Source: a virus | DNA: 64,000 nt | IMG/VR virus record: IMGVR_UViG_3300014350_000112 | Span: 721-64,720 of that record | Direction: 5' to 3' (one strand) | Shown: piece after piece, positions 46,636 through 56,100 of the stretch | How the letters are laid out: each line of letters starts with the position of its first letter | Numbering within the stretch: the first letter of the stretch is position 1 | The notes under the pieces: model-generated | Seen by the model: only the letters and a program-made list of their open reading frames with translations | The model's database searches: none | Told to the model about the DNA's origin: nothing | Program-made: the position numbers and the translations under genes

Positions 46636-48564
46636 ATGAACGACTTTCATACTATTTTAGCAGCTAAACTTGCTAAAGGTTCTAAAACTAGTAAGAAACT
46701 AGTCTCCAAACCTAAAAAGAAAAAAGTCGGTAGTGGAGGTAGCATTAAGAAGACCAAATCTCCGACTACAAAAACTACGAAAACTATAGTAAAAAAAGAT
46801 ATTAATAAACGTAATGCTAATATTAAAACTAGAATGAAAAATGGCGGCGGGAAGAAACCAGCTAATCCAAATAAAGTTGAAAAAGTTTTAGAACGTCATA
46901 AGGCCCTTCAGAGTAAATCTCCTAATAAAAATATACCCATTAAAGCAGCTTTAGTAAAACAAACAAGAACAGAAACTAAAAAAGCTGTTAAGTCTATTAA
47001 CTCTAAAGCGCGTAAAGCTAATTCAAAAACTAGAACGAAAGCGGCTTCTAAGACCGCTAAAATGCGGCCTTCTCAATTGGCAAAAAAACTTGGTATGCCA
47101 GTTAAAGAAGCAGAGAAGCAAGCCCAAACTCTTTTAAATTCTGCTAAGAACCCAGTTAACTTTAATTATAAACTAAATTCTTTTCTAGGTAAATTGGGAG
47201 CGTTTACTATTAACGCTTTATTAGTTGGTGGTGCTGTAGCTGGCGTAACCGCATTAGCTGTAGCTTTACCAACTTCAATCCAGTTAGTGTTAGGTGCAGG
47301 CCTAATGCAAATGATTGCTGGTGGTTTAGGAATTTCAAAAGCCTCAGATGAAGATGAAGGTAATTCTTATAATTTTCCTGCTTTGAATAATTTAATTCCT
47401 GTTTTAGCTGATTATATAAAAAGCGGTAACTTAGAAGAAATTTTTGGAATGATAGAATCAATGTCGGACGATCCAGAACATGACGATGCTAGTAACAAAA
47501 AGAAATTTTTAACATATTCTCATAAAAATATTTTAAATAGATTAGAAACTCTTTCTGGAGTGACACCTAATTCCCGAATTAAGCGTTTAGCTCCTATAGA
47601 ATATCCAGAAGCAAGTATATATTCTTCTGGTATTTATGTTTGTTGGTCTTTAAAAAGAAGCTGCGCCGTAAAATTGGAACAGTGGGCTAGGGACAATTCA
47701 ATTCCTAATGTGAAGCCCGCTAACTACATGCATTGCACTATTATTATGTCTAAAACATCACCCATGATTTTAGACGCAAAAAAGAATTATTTTGAAGGCG
47801 CTGGTTTATTTAAAAAACCTTTATCTCCACAGAGATTAATCAGGCTTAGAAAATTAGGGCCTTCTGCTATCGTTATTGAAATGGAATTTTATGAAGCGCA
47901 TAATCGTTTTGAAATGTTAAAAGATTTGGGATGCACTTCCGACTTTCCTTCTTATGTAGCTCACGTAACTGTTGGTGAGGATAAAGAAGTCTTGATTAAT
48001 AATAAGAATCTTAAGGCAATAAGCCTTCCTACTTTTCCATTAGAATTTGATTATGAATATTGCGGTCCATTATTAGATGATAAAAAACAACGTCATGCTG
48101 TTAATGCGTCTACCGACGTATTAGATGCCCTTGTTTACAAATCAAAAAAAGCAGCCTTAACCGATAAAGTTTTACGAAAGAAAAATACTATGCTAGTTAA
48201 TAAAACATTTGCTTCTGTATTGGCTTCTTCTATGGAAGAACTTGCCGGTCGTAAAAAGAAGGCAGTTGATCCTTCTCCTCCTAAACATCGTAAAAATGCA
48301 ATTAAAGAATATCGGGCTATAATTGAATTTTTTAAAGAATTTGATTTGACTAAAAAGATAACCGAAATTGAAGAAATGGTAGATGCTGCAGAAAAAGTTT
48401 CTGATAAAAACGAAATGAAAGATCTTGCTAAAAAATTACGTGCTATGGTTGATACTGATTCTGGTATTATTAATAACGACTTTTTCTCTAAATGTTTAAA
48501 GCTTGACGATGGCCCTAAAGAAATTGCCCGTTCTTTGTCTCGTTTAGCTAAATATAAAGAATAA
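46636..48564 (+). CDS. Multidomain protein: Lys-rich N-terminus, TM hairpin, Acb1/T4 gp57B-like 2H phosphodiesterase, helical C-terminus
   Basis: GIYV...IPN......MHCTI...LGCTSDFPSYVAHVTV...FDYEYCGPL matches the Acb1 pattern GLYV...VPN.....IHSTI...LGATHDFDDYTPHITL...LDREYKEPL. Confidence 0.82.
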   Translation: MNDFHTILAAKLAKGSKTSKKLVSKPKKKKVGSGGSIKKTKSPTTKTTKTIVKKDINKRNANIKTRMKNGGGKKPANPNKVEKVLERHKALQSKSPNKNIPIKAALVKQTRTETKKAVKSINSKARKANSKTRTKAASKTAKMRPSQLAKKLGMPVKEAEKQAQTLLNSAKNPVNFNYKLNSFLGKLGAFTINALLVGGAVAGVTALAVALPTSIQLVLGAGLMQMIAGGLGISKASDEDEGNSYNFPALNNLIPVLADYIKSGNLEEIFGMIESMSDDPEHDDASNKKKFLTYSHKNILNRLETLSGVTPNSRIKRLAPIEYPEASIYSSGIYVCWSLKRSCAVKLEQWARDNSIPNVKPANYMHCTIIMSKTSPMILDAKKNYFEGAGLFKKPLSPQRLIRLRKLGPSAIVIEMEFYEAHNRFEMLKDLGCTSDFPSYVAHVTVGEDKEVLINNKNLKAISLPTFPLEFDYEYCGPLLDDKKQRHAVNASTDVLDALVYKSKKAALTDKVLRKKNTMLVNKTFASVLASSMEELAGRKKKAVDPSPPKHRKNAIKEYRAIIEFFKEFDLTKKITEIEEMVDAAEKVSDKNEMKDLAKKLRAMVDTDSGIINNDFFSKCLKLDDGPKEIARSLSRLAKYKE

Positions 48565-48568
48565 TTCT

Positions 48569-49201
48569 ATGGCTAAGAAAATTTCTACTGTTAAGGATAA
48601 AAGAAAAAAGTCGGTAATAAAACCTTCTTCTAAAAAACAGGCTGTGAAAAAATCTACTAGTAAACAGAATGACAAAACACCTTTAAAGAAGCCTTTTGTT
48701 AAAGACCCTTTTTATGTTACACCTATAACCCAAAAGGATCTTCCCGAAAATAGAGTTGTATGGAACAAGCAGTCATTCATTAATAATGAAGTTGATGTTC
48801 CTCGTAAAGATGCAGTTTCTCTAAAACCTGTTATGGTTCCTAAGAGTTCTTTGCCGCCGGATAAGTCTTTTAAGGCAGCAGGCTTTGCCCTTAAAACAAA
48901 AATAGCTTTTGAAAACGTATTACATTCTGTTCAAACATTACGAGAACAACGAGTAGCTTTATTATTAGACGACGTAACTAGAGAAGTAAATTCCTTAGAA
49001 GATTCATTAAAAGCAAAAGATAATCGTATAGATAATAATGAAATTTTAAAACGAACTAAGAAACTTCATAATATGGTTCGAAATGTAGGAGATTTTGTAA
49101 TAATAGAACATTACATACGAGATATAAGAAAAACAATAGAAAGCTTATGTAATCATATTTACTCTTCATTAAAAGAAGTCGGCAAATCTAATTTTAAGTA
49201 G
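48569..49201 (+). CDS. Hypothetical protein, Lys-rich N-terminus and coiled-coil C-terminus
   Basis: ORF in late block. Confidence 0.7.
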   Translation: MAKKISTVKDKRKKSVIKPSSKKQAVKKSTSKQNDKTPLKKPFVKDPFYVTPITQKDLPENRVVWNKQSFINNEVDVPRKDAVSLKPVMVPKSSLPPDKSFKAAGFALKTKIAFENVLHSVQTLREQRVALLLDDVTREVNSLEDSLKAKDNRIDNNEILKRTKKLHNMVRNVGDFVIIEHYIRDIRKTIESLCNHIYSSLKEVGKSNFK

Positions 49202-49284
49202 GACAGAGTTAGTTACGAAAAGTTTTGTATTAATTTGGGGCGGCAAATTATACATTAAAATTTTTCGTTGCGAGGAAGGTTTAA

Positions 49285-49647
49285 ATGGAAACTACCATAG
49301 CAGGAAGTCAACAGATACTTTCTAAAGTAATGGAATACAGCATATCTCTTTTTTTGCTGTTATTTATGGTTATAGGACTTTCAATTGCCTTATACTTTTC
49401 AATTAAACGCATAGGTAAATTACAGGACGCTCTTTTATCTAAAGATAAAGAACATTCAGATAATCTTCAAATAATATTTGATAAAAATAAAGAAGATTTA
49501 GAAAAAATGCAGGTATCTACAGTAATCAAAATATCTGAAATGAGTAATAGTGTATTGAATACTCTTACTCGCGTTTCTACCGTAATGGATATAATCTTTA
49601 GACCTAATGTGCAGTTAGGTCAAGGACAATCGTTTAATAATCCTTAA
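49285..49647 (+). CDS. Single-TM membrane protein (holin/antiholin-like?)
   Basis: YSISLFLLLFMVIGLSIALYFSI TM then coiled coil; GAGGAAGG RBS. Confidence 0.6.
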   Translation: METTIAGSQQILSKVMEYSISLFLLLFMVIGLSIALYFSIKRIGKLQDALLSKDKEHSDNLQIIFDKNKEDLEKMQVSTVIKISEMSNSVLNTLTRVSTVMDIIFRPNVQLGQGQSFNNP

Positions 49648-49680
49648 TAAGTTGTAACGATAAAAATTTGGAAATTAAAA

Positions 49681-50055
49681 ATGTCTCAACACAAATTTTT
49701 ATCTTATAACATAACCCCCGGCGTTGTAGCCATGTCTCATAAACTTTCTTCTTCTCCAAATAAAAGTATATCAAATGTTCTTGAACGACTAGAACAAAGT
49801 TATACTGATAAAAGAAAAAGACAAATAGAAGAAAGTGAAAATAAAAAAGAAATTGTAGATGAAAAAGGAAAAATAGATATTTCTGTAGTTTCTAGCGTTT
49901 TAGACGGCTCTACAGAAGCTTTTACAAAAGTATTGGATTGTGTTGTAAATAACGTAAAAGAAGTAGCTCATAATATAGGTAGATCTTTATCTATTTCCAT
50001 GGAAGATAGTGGGTTACATAAAAATAATCATAATAATTTAAGTAAACAAGATTAA
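49681..50055 (+). CDS. Hypothetical protein, 124 aa
   Basis: ORF in operon. Confidence 0.65.
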   Translation: MSQHKFLSYNITPGVVAMSHKLSSSPNKSISNVLERLEQSYTDKRKRQIEESENKKEIVDEKGKIDISVVSSVLDGSTEAFTKVLDCVVNNVKEVAHNIGRSLSISMEDSGLHKNNHNNLSKQD

Positions 50056-50069
50056 ATAAGAGTTTAACA

Positions 50070-50546
50070 ATGTCCTTTTTTCTAGTTACTACTAGTTTTG
50101 TAGAAAATTTTCAAGATTTTTTTAATAAATTAGTTGTTAGTTTACAAATATCTTGGTTAATGCACGCTTTTATTTTAATTATGTTGTTTTCACCCGGAGT
50201 AATTTTATTCTTATATAAGATCTTTCATTTAAGAGAACCGGTCGAGCCTAAAACAACTAATCCAATGATTTTTCAAATAGGTTATTTAACAAGCCTTTTA
50301 GGTTTATTGATGTTTGGATTAACCGCCATTAATAAACTTATAACAGGAAATCTTCATTATGAGTGGATGCAAAACGATAGTTTGGCTCATTTAATTATTC
50401 TAGGCGTAATTTTAATAAGTGTTGGGCATACAATTCAAGTATTTGCTTTTGAAAAGCAAAGACATGTTAAGAAAGGTTTTTCACCTTTCTATCTTAGTTT
50501 GATAATTTGGATAACTTGCACCATCGGAATTTTTATTGTTGTTTAA
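50070..50546 (+). CDS. Multi-TM membrane protein (about 4 TM)
   Basis: Four hydrophobic segments. Confidence 0.7.
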   Translation: MSFFLVTTSFVENFQDFFNKLVVSLQISWLMHAFILIMLFSPGVILFLYKIFHLREPVEPKTTNPMIFQIGYLTSLLGLLMFGLTAINKLITGNLHYEWMQNDSLAHLIILGVILISVGHTIQVFAFEKQRHVKKGFSPFYLSLIIWITCTIGIFIVV

Positions 50547-50557
50547 AGGTTAAAATT

Positions 50558-52585
50558 ATGCTTAGTAGCTTTACATCTTACAAACTTAATCTTAATAAAA
50601 AACCCATAACAGCGATTGCTTCTTTAAAAAAGAATCCTGTTAGAAGAGTTACTTTTGTTTTTGCTAACGAACAAGAAATTCAAAGTGAAGCAAAAAAACA
50701 AAAGGAAAAGTCTTCTGTAAATGCAGTTAGATTTTACGACCTTGAAACGGAAAGGGCCTTTGCATTTGTAAACGATGAATTAATCGTTGTAGCAGATGAT
50801 AAGGCTCGGCGTGCAACAGATGCTTTTATTAAAGTATTAGCAGTCATTGCACTTAAACGGCGTAGAACCCTAATTAAGGCACTGATGCCTTTTTATGATA
50901 AATATTTATTAGAAGCGAAAGATTTTATTAAAAAGCATAAAGTTAAAGCCGACGTTTTCAATAACATGGCATCTAAGACTAGTGTCCTTAGAGGCGATGC
51001 TAAGGAAACTGAAGATGGGACAAAACTTTCCGAAAGAGTTGGAGAATTCTTAAAAAGTTTTCGTTCTTTATACCGTAATTCAATCAAAGCAGATATGGAT
51101 TCCATATCTCGTAGTCAGTATCACATCATAAACGCTTTATTGACCTTATTGTCCTCTCCTAATTCTGAAAATGCTTATAAAGCAGTATCTAAATATATTA
51201 CTTATTTAAAAGATTCTAACCTTACTCCGTTTTTCACATTTACAGATGAAGACACCGGAGGATCAGGCAAAGATCTTATGAGTGAACGTCGCACTATGCT
51301 TAAGAAACTCGGAGGCGATGTTGAAAAAGGTTTATCGGCTGAAACTAGGGAAATAGCTAAGAAGAAAAATCCTGAGTTACTTAAGGCATACAATAAACTG
51401 AATTCAAATTTAGCAAATCGTTTTAAGCATGATGTTCGTAAGATTGTTATGGACACCAAGGAACCTTGGGTGTTTTTAGAAAGAATTATACCGTCTCTTA
51501 AAAAGATGGGATGGCCGCAGGGTTATTTGGAACGTATGTATTCTAAAACTTTATTAGATACCAAAAAATATATCGGTATAAATACTTCTTCTGAACTAAC
51601 AGATAAATTCGGCAATTCTATTGGAGTTCATGCGGTTCCTCCCGGTGTTGAAACTTTAAAAATTAATCCGAATTATGGTGAGGAAGGCGCTAGGGCAGCT
51701 TTCGTTTATCAAACTCAATCTAAAAAACAAGTTGCTGAAGGTAAAGGCGAGTCTGCCAAAACTTATACTAAAAATCGAACGGCTCACGTTAAAACAGAAA
51801 ATAAATGGCAGCCCGTGCAATCTTTAATTAAAGATATATCTTCTGTAAAACTTAAATGGCGTAAAGCTGCGCAGTTAAAAGATACTAAACATGGTATGTT
51901 TAGTTTAATCGTTGAAGCTTTATTTTGGACAGCCGGTCGTGTAGGTGCTCGTGTAGGAACTTCTGAAGGTAAAACTACCTTTGGTATTTCTTCTTTGTTA
52001 AATAAGCACGTTATATCGACAACGCCACAGAAAGCAAAAATAGTTTATTTAGCTAAAGCAGGACAAAAGCAGACTCATGTTTTAGATATAACACAAGTAA
52101 AAAATGCTTCTGACGCAGATAAAAAAGCATTGAAGAATTTACTTGCATACATAGCAGAACGTAAAGCTAATTCTACAAAAGATTCTTTGTTGTTCCCTAT
52201 TCCAAATGCCGGACGTGTTAATACCCATGAACTTATGTTATGGATGCGTAAAATAACCGGCATTTCTAAATTTAAAAATCATATGATTCGTTATCTTAGA
52301 GGGACCGAAATTGCCGTTAAGGAACTAGAAGAAGCAAAGAAAAAAGCTCTTGCTTTAAAGAAGAAAAACAAATTAAATCAAAAAGAAGCTGATAAATTAT
52401 TTAAAGAGGCTATTACTCCTGTAGCAAATTCTCTTGGTCATTTTCTTAATGAAAAACCAAATATTAATACTTCCATTAAGTCTTACATTCAACCTGAGTT
52501 AATGACTAGCTGGTATAAAGAAGTAGGTATGCGCGCACCTAAAAACGTAGAAGACGCGTTTGATTCAATGACGAAAGTTGGTTAA
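50558..52585 (+). CDS. Type IB DNA topoisomerase with long N-terminal region
   Basis: Catalytic pentad R (GRVG), K (LAKAG), R (MIRY), H (LGH), Y (KSYIQP); TFGISSLLNKHV resembles bacterial TopIB SYGLTTL..RHV. Confidence 0.82.
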   Translation: MLSSFTSYKLNLNKKPITAIASLKKNPVRRVTFVFANEQEIQSEAKKQKEKSSVNAVRFYDLETERAFAFVNDELIVVADDKARRATDAFIKVLAVIALKRRRTLIKALMPFYDKYLLEAKDFIKKHKVKADVFNNMASKTSVLRGDAKETEDGTKLSERVGEFLKSFRSLYRNSIKADMDSISRSQYHIINALLTLLSSPNSENAYKAVSKYITYLKDSNLTPFFTFTDEDTGGSGKDLMSERRTMLKKLGGDVEKGLSAETREIAKKKNPELLKAYNKLNSNLANRFKHDVRKIVMDTKEPWVFLERIIPSLKKMGWPQGYLERMYSKTLLDTKKYIGINTSSELTDKFGNSIGVHAVPPGVETLKINPNYGEEGARAAFVYQTQSKKQVAEGKGESAKTYTKNRTAHVKTENKWQPVQSLIKDISSVKLKWRKAAQLKDTKHGMFSLIVEALFWTAGRVGARVGTSEGKTTFGISSLLNKHVISTTPQKAKIVYLAKAGQKQTHVLDITQVKNASDADKKALKNLLAYIAERKANSTKDSLLFPIPNAGRVNTHELMLWMRKITGISKFKNHMIRYLRGTEIAVKELEEAKKKALALKKKNKLNQKEADKLFKEAITPVANSLGHFLNEKPNINTSIKSYIQPELMTSWYKEVGMRAPKNVEDAFDSMTKVG

Positions 52586-52587
52586 CC

Positions 52588-53166
52588 ATGAAAATAAGCA
52601 ATTTTTATCCGGGAATGAACCCTTTACTAGCTAAAACCTTAATAAAAGAACTATCTTATAAAGATGAAAATTTTGTTAAAGCAGACGACAACGACGACAT
52701 AGAAAATGAAGATGATTATGAAAAACTTTATTTTGAATTGAAAGAAAAGTTAGAATCTTTAGAAAAAGAAAATGCGTTGTTAAAAATGCAACAACTAGAA
52801 CTATCTGAGAATAATGATATTTTATCAACTAGATTAGAACGAATTGAAAAGCAGTTTGACAAAAATTTAGATACTATAATATCTTCAATTTATCGTATAA
52901 AGACTTTTAAAGAAGCTGTAGATGCTACTTTACAATTTAATAGAGACTGGTTTATATCTGTGCAATTATCCGAAGACGGAAAAATAAAATTTGCTCAGAC
53001 TTTATTAGAAATAGTAAAACCCATTCTAAAAGAAGAAAATTTAGAACTAATTTCAAATATAGCCAATAGAGATTCTAAAACTTTACAAGATATTTGGGCT
53101 GGTAAAACGGATGAAGAAAGCGGTATTACACCAAAACTTAGTTCTTATGAACAAAATGATTTATAA
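52588..53166 (+). CDS. Coiled-coil hypothetical protein, 192 aa
   Basis: ORF in late block. Confidence 0.7.
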   Translation: MKISNFYPGMNPLLAKTLIKELSYKDENFVKADDNDDIENEDDYEKLYFELKEKLESLEKENALLKMQQLELSENNDILSTRLERIEKQFDKNLDTIISSIYRIKTFKEAVDATLQFNRDWFISVQLSEDGKIKFAQTLLEIVKPILKEENLELISNIANRDSKTLQDIWAGKTDEESGITPKLSSYEQNDL

Positions 53167-53180
53167 CGGTAAACACTGTA

Positions 53181-56100
53181 ATGAGTATTAATCAAGCGGC
53201 ATCTGGTATTCTTATGGGTAATTTTGAAAGAAGCAATGTTATGCTAGAACAGAATTTATTTAAAAAAGCCCGTATCAATCATAGCGCATTAGAAATGCAC
53301 AGTTCTAAAGTAGCTGGAGTCGTGGCTCGTATGTTATTAAATGGCACTCCTTTTAAGAAAGCACGTAAATATATCAGAAAAAATATAGAGGAAGCAGCTA
53401 AGAAACAAATTATTCTTCCTAAAAAAGTTTCAGATAAATTAAAGTCTCGTATAAAAACCATTAAGAAAAAGATATTTAATCCTCGTAAACCGGACGCTGT
53501 TTCTTTAGAAAATAAACGTATAAAAAAATCCGGTAAAAAGGCGGAAAACTTTACATTTAAGATGCCGCCGGAATCAAAAATCGTTGAAAAATATTCTAAG
53601 TTATTTGGAACTCTTGCTAAATCCAATCACGATTTTATATATAGGCCTATTATTCATACTTTTCATATGCTCCGGCATATTTTTTCGGCGGCGGAATTTC
53701 ATTTAAGCTATGGTTCTCAACCCGATCAAGGGGTTGCTTCTGTATATAGAAATTGGCGAGATACAAACCTCTTAGCTGCAATTGAAGAACCTAATTCTTA
53801 TTTAAAAGATGCCGGAGAATACTTAGAAACTAATATACAAAAATTACCTAATCACAATTTTGTTCTGTCTATTGCTAACCAGCAATCCGAACCGGAATTA
53901 ATGGAAGCAACTAGAAAAGCGGCTAGAATTATTCAGACATTTTTTAAAGATTACAAATTACCAAATAGTTATAAAACAATTAATTTAGATGACCATGATC
54001 CTTTAACAAAGGAATTAATGGGCGTAGGCGGTTACACTGGAAAAGCTATTGTTTTTGATCAAAATACATTAAGGGTGCGCTACTCTTTTAAAGAGTTAAA
54101 AACATTACGCCCTGTTTATTCCCACTTTGATGAAAAAGCTTGGGCTGCCGGTCCTAATAATATCGGTATGCCTCCTGAAGCAGCAATGGGTCGCAAGGTT
54201 CCTTCTGGTGTAGAATCTATATTAGACTCTATGTTAGATTTTGAGCTTATACTAACTCCAACTCCAATGAGTAATAAGTCTGTTAATAATTGGGCTATTA
54301 GAGATAAAAAGACAGAAGGGGATTTTTCAGATAGTTCTTCTCCTAAAATGCTTTTATCTTATTCTCTACAAGTAATTCCTTACATCAAATGGCCGCGTGA
54401 AGTTGCCTATTATTTTACTTCTTCTGAAAAAGAGGAAGATTTTATTCCGGCGTTTTTCTTCCGTTATGTTGCTTTGCATAAACAATACTCTGGTAGAGTT
54501 AATCAGCATACTGGAGGCTTTAAGCCTCCTAGTAAAATTCAACCTCTTAACAAAATCAAAAAACTTATAGAACAAGAAGCAAAAATACGTAAGATTACTC
54601 CTCGTTCTAATAAAGAAGGTTTTGTTATCGTAGGGCCTTCTGAAAAAAGTTTATCCGGCACTGTAATCCATGTTCCTGAAAGTAGGGCGGATAATGTTGA
54701 GGCTTACACAAATCTCTATAGAAATGCGTTTGATAAAGAACAAAATCAGATTCTTTTTGATAAAAATGATTTAATGTCTAATAAGCCCGTCTTAATTGAT
54801 TGGGCTAATAGTATGTTTACTTACGCTAACTCTGTTGCTGATAGAGATTATCTTAAACATGGTGTAACAACTATTAATTTAACTGGTTCTATTCCTTTAA
54901 ACGATGTAACTATAGGCAGAGATTTAGATAGAACTTTATATGATGATAATTCTATAACAGTAGCTTTTAGAGACAGGCTTACCAATTTTACAAATGAATT
55001 TGGCATTAGAGATACTAAGAAAGAACTTACTTCTAGTGATGTTCCTCGTTTGGTATATGAATCTGGATTTAAATCTTTTCCAACTTTAATTGAGGCTGAT
55101 GGTGTAAGAGAAAAATTTGATATTGACAATGATGAGCACAGAGAACTATTAGCGGCAGATGCTTATGATTCTTTAGATGATAACATTAAAAGCACGCTTG
55201 AAAATTTACGAATATATACTGTAGTAGAGGCTTTCAATCGTTTAATTCATAATATAAGTTTAGACATTAAATGGATACATATAGGTAATCCAGATCATCC
55301 TGATTTAAAAGATAGCCCCGTGTTACGTGCAAGCTGCGCTTTTATTAAAGCGCAGTGTGAAAGAGCTTTATCTAAAATTGATGATTGGGGTATAGCCTAT
55401 AAAGATAAAATAGAGTTTTTACGTTATCGCCTTTGGCTTATTTGTCGTTATTCTAAACGTAGCGAACATTTTATTAAGGTATATCAAAAAGAAATAGAAG
55501 TAAATCAGGGCAAAGACATTAAAAAGGATGCTCCTGTTCCTGTATACAATCTTCCAAATCTTAAGGTATTATTACCGCATACCGTAGAAGCGGTTAACTG
55601 TTTAAATGCACCTGAAAATAAAAATTCTTTTGTTAGTATTCAGGCTGGCGGTGCAAAAACTATTACTTCTATTTTAGATATTACTAATGCTATAGCAACT
55701 AAAAAAGTAAAACGTGCAGTAGTGGTTCCTCCTAATGGTTTGGTAGGGACTTGGGTAGATGAAATTAATAGTAAATCAGAAGGTTCTATTAATGCTATAC
55801 CGTTAACTACTGCTATTTTACGAGATATTGAACGCACCGTTTCTAATCGTCATCAGGGAGCTAATATAGATACACCAGATTATAAAAATTTGGGACGTTA
55901 TCTATTATCTGCTCCCCCAAATACCATTTTTATAGCTAGTATGTCTTTTCTAAAAAGTCATACTGAAACTGTGGTATATGGCGATAAAACTACTAGCCGT
56001 TACTATATGGCTGAATTTATTAGAGACTTATTTAATGCCCCGGAAGATTTATTATGCTGTGTTGACGAATCGCACTTTGTTAAACGTATAGGTTCTGCTA

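Larger units (their letters stand above)
18974..49199 (+). promoter_or_regulatory. Recurrent CTAATT(T/A)TA element, putative late promoter (dispersed)
   Basis: At 18974, 32372, 35395, 38663, 46598, 49188, each upstream of a late-type gene. Confidence 0.45.
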
